Source: Planctomycetota bacterium (GTDB lineage: Bacteria; Planctomycetota; Phycisphaerae; WQYP01). From it: 64,000 nucleotides of DNA. A program made the translations under genes and the position numbers. The first letter of the stretch is position 1. Every line of letters starts with the position of its first letter. The notes beneath the pieces are model-generated. The model was not told the DNA's origin and made no database searches. It saw only the letters and a list, made by a program, of their open reading frames with translations. Of the stretch, positions 56,764 to 64,000 are shown piece by piece. The stretch covers positions 4,643 to 68,642 of the forward strand of contig JAJZJL010000002.1 in NCBI GenBank assembly GCA_021810145.1, written 5' to 3'.

Positions 56764-59733
56764 ATGCGACGGGTGATGACTGAACGACACATTGCACTAC
56801 CGGTTATGGTGGATGCCACATTGGACGCCGCGGATATGGCTGCGGCGCTGCGGCAACTGGATGTCGGCGAATTGCGATTATCCGGCCATGACCGTCTTTT
56901 ATATGCGACCGACGCCTCGCTGTATCAGGTTATGCCGCTGGGCGTGGTGATTCCCGATTCCGCCACGCACATTGCAACACTGCTGGAATTTTGCCGCAGA
57001 CAACGCATTGCCGTGTTGCCGCGGGGCGGCGGCACGAGCCTGGCGGGCCAATGTACCAACCGGGCATTGGTGCTGGATTTATCACCCCGATTCCGCGGCG
57101 TGGAACAAGTCGATATTCCCGGACGAACATGTGTGGCCCAGGCTGGAATAACCATTGACCAGATCAACAGCCATCTGGCGGCAAGCGGACTATTTTTCGC
57201 TCCGGATCCGGCCACCGTGGCGCAGGCCGCGCTGGGAGGGTGCATTGGCAATAATGCCGCCGGGGCACGGTCGATCCGGTATGGCCGCACCAGCGAAAAT
57301 CTTGACGCTCTGCACGTGGTGCTCACCGACGGGCAGGAGCTTTGGCTGGAAGCCGGCGCGGGGCGGCGCAATGCCGTTGCACTGAAACTCGCACAGCGGG
57401 TGGCGGATGTGGTCCGGAAATATGCCGCTGAAATCCGCGATCGATACCCGAAACTCATTCGCCGCAACGCCGGATATTCGCTGGATCTGATCCTGCGGCA
57501 ATTGGATGCCGGCACAACGCCGGAGGATTTGAATCTTACTGGTCTGCTGTGCGGCAGTGAAGGCTCGCTGGCGGTGATCACAGCGGCACGGTTGAAACTC
57601 CAGCCGATTCCCGCGGCGCGGGGTCTGGCTATTCTGGCGTTTGACAGTCTGGAGCAGGCGCTGGATCGGCTGCTGCCAATTTTAGATACGCAACCCAGTG
57701 CCGTGGAACTGCTGGACGCGGTGGTACTGCAGGCGGCGCAGGGAAATGCCGAAGCGCGGCGGCAGTTGGAAGTTATGCCGCTGATCAACGGGCAACTGCC
57801 GGCGGCGGTGCTGTATGTTGAATATCAGGCGGAACATTCCGATCGGGAACTTGACACATCTCTGGCGCATCCGGCGCTACAGGCTCCGGCGGCGCGGATA
57901 TTCCGGCAACCAACGGAAATGCTGCGCGCCTGGGCACTGCGCAAGAGTACCGAAGCGCTTCTGCACGCGGTATCAACCACCCGCAAACCCATTACCTTCG
58001 TGGAAGATAATGCCATTCCGGTGGCGCGCCTGGCGGAATTTATCGGCCGGTTTAAGGCGATTATCGAAGCACGCGGCACCACCGCCGCCTATTACGCCCA
58101 CGCTTCGGTGGGCGTATTGCATCTGCGTCCGATGCTTAATCTGCATGATCCCGCTGATCAGCAGGCCATGCGGGAAATTGCTCTGGAAACCGCCCGACTG
58201 GCACGCGACTGCGGCGGCGTGATGTCGGGGGAACATGGTGACGGGCGGGTACGCGGGCCGCTGCTGGAGGAATATTTCGGACCGGAAATCATGCGAGCCT
58301 TTGCCGAAATCAAGGCGATATTCGATCCCGCGGGAATCTTGAATCCCGGCATGATTGTCAACACCGGTCCGGTGGAATCCATCACCTCGCATCTGCGCCA
58401 GGAAGCGCAACGGAAAACACTTCACATAGACACTGCAACATATTTTGATTACTCAGATCAGGAATCTTTCACCGGCGCGGTGGAAATGTGCAATGGCTCG
58501 GGCTTTTGCCGTAAAACATCCGGGGGAACCATGTGCCCGTCCTATCGGGCCACCCTGGATGAACGACATTCACCCCGGGGAAGAGCCAACGCCTTGCGCG
58601 CCAGCATTCTGGCCACGTCGGATCATCCCAACTGGACCGATGCCGCAACGCTGGAAACCCTTGATTTATGCCTGTCCTGCAAGGCCTGTAAAACCGAATG
58701 CCCCAGCAGCGTGGATATTGCCCGGCTCAAAGCGGAATACATGGCCCAGCGCTACCGAGAAATCGGTCCGTCGCTGGCCAGCCGCATGTTCGGCCATGTG
58801 CGGACGCTTAACAAATTTGGCGCACTGATGCCGACGTTGGCCAATCGGGTGCAGTCGATCTCACCCGTGCGAGCCATGATGAACCGGCTGTTGAACCTGG
58901 CACCACAACGCCAGTTGCCCGAGTTTTCCACAGCGTTGACCACGTTGTTTGACAAGGGCCTGATGCAAGCCAACCCCGCCACTGGCCCCAGAGTGGTACT
59001 GTTTGCGGACTGCTTTACGAATTACAATGAATCGCATATTGGCGTGTCCGCCACGCGGGTGTTGCAGCGGCTTGGCTATCGGGTGGAAATCTCTGGCCGC
59101 GGGTGCTGCGGAAGAGCGATGATTTCCAACGGATTGCTGCGCAGCGGCCGGGATACAATCCGCGATACGCTGTCTCTGCTGACACCCGCCATTATGGATC
59201 AGCAGGTTCTCGCGATTGTTGTCTGCGAGCCATCCTGCCTCAGTGCCATGGTCGATGATTGGCAGCATTTCAACGACATTGGCCCGTCTGACGTACTGAA
59301 ACAATTGGCCCGGAAAGCCATTTCGCCAACCGATTTTGTGCAGCAGCGGTGGAGCGATCATCCTGTGCCACCCGCGTTAAAACCGCAAACAGCCGGACCG
59401 GTATTGTTTCATGGCCATTGCCATGCCAAAGCCCTCTGGGGAACCGGAAAGGATGCCGATTTATTACAGCGCCTGACCGATGGCAAAGCGACAATCCTGC
59501 CCACCGGCTGTTGCGGCATGGCCGGGGGATTTGGCTATATGCGCAATCATTATGAATTATCCATGAGGATTTTTGGCCAGAAAGAATTTGATCCCATTCG
59601 CGAGGCGTCAGATCAAACGGTCATTCTTGCCCCCGGCACGTCGTGCCGGCATCAGATTCAACATGCCACTGATCACCCGGCTCTGCACCCCGTGCAATGG
59701 CTGGCGGAATTATTAGACGACGGTTCACATTAG
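56764..59733 (+). CDS. YdiJ-like FAD-binding and Fe-S cluster-binding 2-hydroxyacid (D-lactate/D-2-hydroxyglutarate) dehydrogenase (GlcD-GlcF fusion architecture).
   Basis: 989 aa. N-terminal FAD-linked oxidase domain (VLPRGGGTSLAGQ), central 4Fe-4S motifs (CNGSGFCRKTSGGTMCP; CLSCKACKTECP), C-terminal tandem CCG domains (CCGRA...; GCCGMAGGFG). Confidence 0.85.
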   Translation: MRRVMTERHIALPVMVDATLDAADMAAALRQLDVGELRLSGHDRLLYATDASLYQVMPLGVVIPDSATHIATLLEFCRRQRIAVLPRGGGTSLAGQCTNRALVLDLSPRFRGVEQVDIPGRTCVAQAGITIDQINSHLAASGLFFAPDPATVAQAALGGCIGNNAAGARSIRYGRTSENLDALHVVLTDGQELWLEAGAGRRNAVALKLAQRVADVVRKYAAEIRDRYPKLIRRNAGYSLDLILRQLDAGTTPEDLNLTGLLCGSEGSLAVITAARLKLQPIPAARGLAILAFDSLEQALDRLLPILDTQPSAVELLDAVVLQAAQGNAEARRQLEVMPLINGQLPAAVLYVEYQAEHSDRELDTSLAHPALQAPAARIFRQPTEMLRAWALRKSTEALLHAVSTTRKPITFVEDNAIPVARLAEFIGRFKAIIEARGTTAAYYAHASVGVLHLRPMLNLHDPADQQAMREIALETARLARDCGGVMSGEHGDGRVRGPLLEEYFGPEIMRAFAEIKAIFDPAGILNPGMIVNTGPVESITSHLRQEAQRKTLHIDTATYFDYSDQESFTGAVEMCNGSGFCRKTSGGTMCPSYRATLDERHSPRGRANALRASILATSDHPNWTDAATLETLDLCLSCKACKTECPSSVDIARLKAEYMAQRYREIGPSLASRMFGHVRTLNKFGALMPTLANRVQSISPVRAMMNRLLNLAPQRQLPEFSTALTTLFDKGLMQANPATGPRVVLFADCFTNYNESHIGVSATRVLQRLGYRVEISGRGCCGRAMISNGLLRSGRDTIRDTLSLLTPAIMDQQVLAIVVCEPSCLSAMVDDWQHFNDIGPSDVLKQLARKAISPTDFVQQRWSDHPVPPALKPQTAGPVLFHGHCHAKALWGTGKDADLLQRLTDGKATILPTGCCGMAGGFGYMRNHYELSMRIFGQKEFDPIREASDQTVILAPGTSCRHQIQHATDHPALHPVQWLAELLDDGSH

Positions 59734-60113
59734 ACATATGCTCAAATACCGGGTAATTGCATTCGTCCGGCGCGGGAAATAGTCCAATTGCGAATTCACT
59801 TTCCTCAGACGGGCGACCGATGTAAATCCCCGGACGGTCCGGTTATTTAAGCAGCCCTGCCTGGCATAACTGCAAATGAAATGTGGCAGATCGACCGCTG
59901 CTCTTTCCATGGGTCGCGGTCCAGCGGAATGGCCGGCTGGCAGCATAACCCCGCAAGCCCGCCACGCCCCGTCGCGTCAGGCGGGACGCTTTAACTTGGG
60001 TTAAGTGACGGACAATTTCGCTTTCGCCTGACACAGCTTTTGCACAACTTGTAATTTTACGGGGGTTTTATATACTAGCGGGTCTGGAATGAACCTGAAT
60101 TGGAGTTTGGATT

Positions 60114-60389
60114 ATGCCTCATATTTGTCATTATACCGGTCGCAAGACACGCATTGGCCGGCAGTGTACCTATCGCGGTAAGGCCAAATACCTCGGTGGC
60201 GTTGGTATCAAGATTACCGGTCGATCCGCACGGAAATTCAAGCCAAATCTGCAAAAAGTACGCGTGCTTATTGATGGCAAACCGGCCCGCGTCTGGGCGT
60301 CGGCCAAGGCGCTGAAAAGCGGCCTGGTGACCAAGCGCGTGGCGCGGCGGTTCGTCTATCGCAAACCCGCTGAAAATGCGGCAGCCTGA
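60114..60389 (+). CDS. rpmB: 50S ribosomal protein L28.
   Basis: [17 protein letters not shown]...[31 protein letters not shown] matches the L28 pattern (CxVTGK...RRFxPNLQ...V). GGAG RBS. Confidence 0.85.
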   Translation: MPHICHYTGRKTRIGRQCTYRGKAKYLGGVGIKITGRSARKFKPNLQKVRVLIDGKPARVWASAKALKSGLVTKRVARRFVYRKPAENAAA

Positions 60390-60480
60390 CGTGGTTCCGA
60401 CCGCAAGTGTGCGGGCAAGCCGCCCGGCAAACCGCATTGCAGGTTGAAAAGCCCCATAAAGTGAATATTATTCTTATAAT

Positions 60481-60512
60481 ACGAGGCCTGTACAGGGCCT
60501 CGTATTTGTTTT
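60481..60512 (+). terminator. Rho-independent terminator after rpmB.
   Basis: ACGAGGCC-tgtacag-GGCCTCGT hairpin followed by ATTTGTTTT. Confidence 0.65.
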
Positions 60513-60525
60513 GAATGGTGCATCT

Positions 60526-60837
60526 ATGGCTGATACCCTTAATGAAACGCAGGTTCGCCACGTCGCGAGACTCTCCCGATTGAAACTTTCTGACAACGAC
60601 GTGCCGCGGCTGAGCAAGCAGATCTCCTCGATTCTCGATTATGTGGCACAACTGCAGGAAGCCAATGTGGATGGCTTGGAGCCAATGGCTCACCCGTTGC
60701 CGCTGCATTCCGTGATGCGTGAAGATGCGATAAGCGAATCGCTGACCGTTCAACAGGTTCTGGCGAACGCGCCGGGCAAGGCGGGGGCGTTTTTTACGGT
60801 ACCCAAGGTTCTGGATGCCGGCATGGGCGGCGGCTAG
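60526..60837 (+). CDS. gatC: Glu-tRNA(Gln)/Asp-tRNA(Asn) amidotransferase subunit C.
   Basis: MADTLNETQVRHVARLSRLKLSDNDVPRLSKQISSILDYVAQLQEANVDGLEPMAHP matches GatC. Confidence 0.85.
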   Translation: MADTLNETQVRHVARLSRLKLSDNDVPRLSKQISSILDYVAQLQEANVDGLEPMAHPLPLHSVMREDAISESLTVQQVLANAPGKAGAFFTVPKVLDAGMGGG

Positions 60838-60965
60838 GCTGCATATCGATTTTTTCCGGCGGCGGCCAGCCAGCCACGGCCCAGTGCCCGATTGACAACA
60901 TTCCGGCGCTGGCGAGGTTGCAAGCAGCCGGGCGTGTCGTAAGATAAATGAATGTGCTCGGGGAT

Positions 60966-61586
60966 ATGAATATGTACTTGGTTCGTTATGCGGCAACACT
61001 TCCGGCGGCTTTAGCCCTGCTTTTACTGGCGGGTTGTGCGGGATACAATCCACTGGCACACCCGCAGAACAGCTACCGGGCCAATTTGACCAATCATGTT
61101 ATTTCAATGCGGGAACTCGCACCGCCGGCGCAGCAATCCGGCATTTCGTCCGGATCGGTAATGCCCGGACAACTTGAGCCGGCCGCTCCAGCCGGCACCT
61201 ATAGCTTTACCGTTCCCTACACGGTCACAAGTTTTAAAAAATCAACCGCAACCTACCGGCAGTATCTGCTTTATAATGGCCGGCCAACACCGAATCAAAA
61301 GCCGTTCTGCGTATTAACCGTAGCGGCAAAAGTGGCCAGAAATTGCAGCAACAGCCTGAAATTTAATGTCCATTCGACACGCACCTTTATTCTTAATGGC
61401 CTGGCGGCCCGCGAATGGAGCGGTTATACCACTGCCGGCAACCCGTTTGCGGAACTTATTGTGTCACACCTTGGCGGAGGGGACAAACTGGACGCACTGG
61501 CGATTGCCCCCAATGATCAGATCCGGGAAATGGCACTTAAGATTTTAAGCTCAATCCACTGGACGCCCGACACCAGTGGAGAATAA
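60966..61586 (+). CDS. Lipoprotein, hypothetical, inserted between gatC and gatA.
   Basis: Signal peptide with lipobox LLLAGCAG. No recognisable domain. Start is either 60948, 60966 or 60972. Confidence 0.5.
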   Translation: MNMYLVRYAATLPAALALLLLAGCAGYNPLAHPQNSYRANLTNHVISMRELAPPAQQSGISSGSVMPGQLEPAAPAGTYSFTVPYTVTSFKKSTATYRQYLLYNGRPTPNQKPFCVLTVAAKVARNCSNSLKFNVHSTRTFILNGLAAREWSGYTTAGNPFAELIVSHLGGGDKLDALAIAPNDQIREMALKILSSIHWTPDTSGE

Positions 61587-61693
61587 CACCGCATGACCAA
61601 CGGACATGGACCGGTGCCAGCATGGGGTACGACCGGCGAGTCGCCGAAATATTTTCAGGGATTTACCGATCCCTCTAGACTTGGATACATTCA

Positions 61694-63160
61694 ATGATCA
61701 ATGAGTTAAGCGCACTGGAAGTTCGTAATAAAATTGCATCGGGCGAACTTACCGCTCAAGCCGCCGCACAGGCAAGTCTGTCCGCCATTACGCAATCGGA
61801 TCAACATTTGCACGCCTATAACGCGGTATTTGCGGATCGGGCGATGGAAAAAGCTCAGACCATTGATCAGTCCAAAGCCGCCGGCAAACCGCAGGGACTT
61901 TTAGCCGGCGTTCCCATTGCGATAAAAGACAATTTATGTACAACATTTGGCGCTACAACCTGTTCGTCAAAAATGCTTCAGAATTTTCACAGTCCGTATG
62001 ACGCGACGGTTGTCAAAAAACTCGAGCAGGCCGGCGCGGTCATATTGGGCAAAACCAATCTTGATGAATTTGCCATGGGCAGTTCCACTGAAAATTCCGC
62101 TTTTGGCCCGACACGAAATCCGTGGAATACCCGGTGTGTTCCCGGCGGATCGTCCGGCGGATCTGCCGCCGCCACCGCGGCGAGACTGTGTGCGGCCTCG
62201 CTGGGATCGGACACCGGCGGATCAATCCGGCAGCCCGCATCGTTGTGTGGCATTGTCGGCTTGAAACCAACGTATGGTCTGGTATCGCGCTATGGTCTGG
62301 TGGCGTTTGCCAGTTCGCTTGATCAGATCGGCCCGATGACCCGCACCGTGGAAGATGCGGCCCTGCTGCTGCAGGTTATTGCGGGTCATGATCCATTGGA
62401 CAGCACAAGCTGGCCGGAACCGGTACCGGATTACCTTTCTGATCTGGACAAGCCGCTGCAGGGCGTGCGGATCGGTCTGCCCGCTGAATTCAGCGGCGCG
62501 GGTATTGAACCGGAAGTCAGCGGGGCTGTGGCCAAAGCGGTGGAGTTTTATCGCAGCCAGGGAGCCACGGTGGTACCGGTCAATCTGCCGCACACAAAAT
62601 ACGGCATTGCCGCCTATTACGTCATTGCGCCGGCGGAAGCGTCCAGCAATCTCTCCCGTTATGACGGCGTACATTACGGCCACCGCACCGCCCGGCCGGA
62701 AAATTTATTTGATCTTTACGCCGCCAGCCGGGCCGAAGGCTTCGGTCCGGAAGTGCAGCGGCGCATCATGCTGGGCACCTACGCTTTGTCCTCCGGATAT
62801 TACGACGCTTATTACCTGCGGGCTTTGCGGGTGCGGCAATTGATCAAGCAGGATTTTGACCGGGCGTTTGAAAAATGCGATTTTATCGCGTGCCCCACCT
62901 CCCCCACCGTGGCCTTTGAACTCGGAGCCAAAAGCGGCGATCCGTTGCAGATGTATCTGTGCGATGTATTTACGGTAACATGCAACATTGCCGGCATTCC
63001 GGGAATGAATATTCCGTGCGGATTTTCCCAGGCGGGCCTGCCCATCGGCCTGCAGATATTAGGCCCGACATTCAGCGAACAGCGCATGTTGCGACTGGCG
63101 CGGATGTATGAAAAAAATCACGATTGGCACACACGGAAACCCTCACCGCCACAGGCATAA
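61694..63160 (+). CDS. gatA: Glu-tRNA(Gln) amidotransferase subunit A (amidase-signature enzyme).
   Basis: GVPIAIKDNLCT, GGSSGGSAAAVAA amidase-signature motifs, 488 aa. N-terminus typical of GatA (LSALEVRNKIASGELTA). Confidence 0.92.
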   Translation: MINELSALEVRNKIASGELTAQAAAQASLSAITQSDQHLHAYNAVFADRAMEKAQTIDQSKAAGKPQGLLAGVPIAIKDNLCTTFGATTCSSKMLQNFHSPYDATVVKKLEQAGAVILGKTNLDEFAMGSSTENSAFGPTRNPWNTRCVPGGSSGGSAAATAARLCAASLGSDTGGSIRQPASLCGIVGLKPTYGLVSRYGLVAFASSLDQIGPMTRTVEDAALLLQVIAGHDPLDSTSWPEPVPDYLSDLDKPLQGVRIGLPAEFSGAGIEPEVSGAVAKAVEFYRSQGATVVPVNLPHTKYGIAAYYVIAPAEASSNLSRYDGVHYGHRTARPENLFDLYAASRAEGFGPEVQRRIMLGTYALSSGYYDAYYLRALRVRQLIKQDFDRAFEKCDFIACPTSPTVAFELGAKSGDPLQMYLCDVFTVTCNIAGIPGMNIPCGFSQAGLPIGLQILGPTFSEQRMLRLARMYEKNHDWHTRKPSPPQA

Positions 63161-63337
63161 CCGGGCGGCCACCGCCCTCGAGGCATGGTGAAGCCGCCAC
63201 CCGTAAGAATCCGTGTGGCATCCGCGGTACGCAACAACATGTGTATGCGTCCGACCATGAAATCAGGGCCGTTCCGGCCCCGCTGCCCCGCAGCCCGGTC
63301 TTGGAAGATCGGTGCAGCGCCATCATGAGGTGGACAC

Positions 63338-64000
63338 ATGATTACTCGACGGCATCTTGGTGCAATTTGCTGCTTTCTTCTTCTTGGACTCGCTGCGCCT
63401 TGCAGCGCTCAAGCCACAGAGCCCGAGTCCGCCGGTTCTCTCTACCTGAGTAAAGCGAAGTTCCACAAACTTGCCGCGGCCGCGTTGGCTTGGGCCGGCA
63501 AGCATCCACATTCGCCGGACAGTCCGCGCCTGCTGCTGCGGGTTATCATGGCTGCGAAGGTACGAGGCGACGATCCCACCGATCTGGGTACGGCGGAACG
63601 GCAAATGCTGCTGGACTTTCCGGATAGTACCGAAGCACGCTATTTCCTTGCCGGCATATCGGATACTACAACACCCGGCGGCAAGCGGTATCGTCAGCTT
63701 GTCACCGCACTTTTACAGTGGTTCACCTACCACCCGAATATGAAGAATTGCAAGGCCTTAGATGGTGTCATCCGCAATGGCCTGCGGAGGTTCGGCATAA
63801 AAGCGGTATACAATAACAACTATCAGGACGCCCTGTTGTGCTACCTCGTCGCGCATCGCGCCGGCGACAACCCCGTGGCCAACGAGATGCTCGGTGCCAC
63901 TGAACCGTCAAGCTCAGATTGGAAATCTCCCAAGGCGGTTGCCAGCGCGGAGGTTCGGGAAGTGGTGATCGAAAGAGGCGCAACGGCGATACAGAGACTC
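63338..64000 (+). CDS. Secreted hypothetical protein. Partial; it continues past the window end.
   Basis: ATG at 63338 preceded by GAGGTGGA. Signal peptide MITRRHLGAICCFLLLGLAAPCSAQA. The frame is open for 221 codons to the window end, so it is absent from the ORF track, which lists only closed ORFs. Confidence 0.45.
   Translation, partial: MITRRHLGAICCFLLLGLAAPCSAQATEPESAGSLYLSKAKFHKLAAAALAWAGKHPHSPDSPRLLLRVIMAAKVRGDDPTDLGTAERQMLLDFPDSTEARYFLAGISDTTTPGGKRYRQLVTALLQWFTYHPNMKNCKALDGVIRNGLRRFGIKAVYNNNYQDALLCYLVAHRAGDNPVANEMLGATEPSSSDWKSPKAVASAEVREVVIERGATAIQRL

Noticed and set aside
56925-57788. 287-aa minus-strand ORF inside the YdiJ-like gene
   Set aside because: Ser/Arg/Ala-rich antisense artefact.
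60268-61059. 263-aa minus-strand ORF spanning the rpmB-gatC region
   Set aside because: It overlaps two well-supported plus-strand genes and a terminator. It has no motifs.

Overview
This is a 64 kb chromosomal segment from a GC-rich (~58%) bacterium. The DUF1501/DUF1800 gene pair and the general gene style suggest a PVC-superphylum-like organism, but that is inference. The first ~21 kb is one contiguous Ni/hydrogenase supercluster. On the minus strand it has a NiCoT nickel permease (partial, runs off the window start) and an H+-pyrophosphatase. On the plus strand it has hypF-hypC-hypD-hypE, the bidirectional NAD-linked [NiFe]-hydrogenase genes hoxE-F-U-Y-H-W, a 1203-aa pyruvate:ferredoxin oxidoreductase, a DHOD-like TIM-barrel protein that lacks the catalytic Cys, hypA-hypB, a His-tailed NifX-like protein, two translationally coupled unknown ORFs and a DUF4405-like membrane protein. 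After that comes ~2.7 kb with no recognisable genes. It holds terminators, a strong AT-rich promoter, a small secreted protein and a truncated pseudopilin remnant. The remainder is housekeeping. In order: trpE, aspS, pyk, lptB with a HAD hydrolase, DUF1501/DUF1800, a deiodinase-like thioredoxin-fold protein, rpsA, cls, ndk, lutABC, a ParA-like/COG2865 (AlbA_2 + HATPase_c_4) gene pair, pheS-rplT-rpmI, a SnoaL-like gene flanked by ~125 bp direct repeats, mnmG, an M50 protease, a Nudix hydrolase, a uvrC-like gene, a YdiJ-like FAD/Fe-S oxidoreductase, rpmB, gatC, a lipoprotein, gatA and a partial secreted protein. I saw no rRNA, tRNA, CRISPR array or obvious transposase or integrase. Every functional call rests on motif recognition by eye. 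Coordinates of the non-ORF-track features may be off by 1-2 nt.
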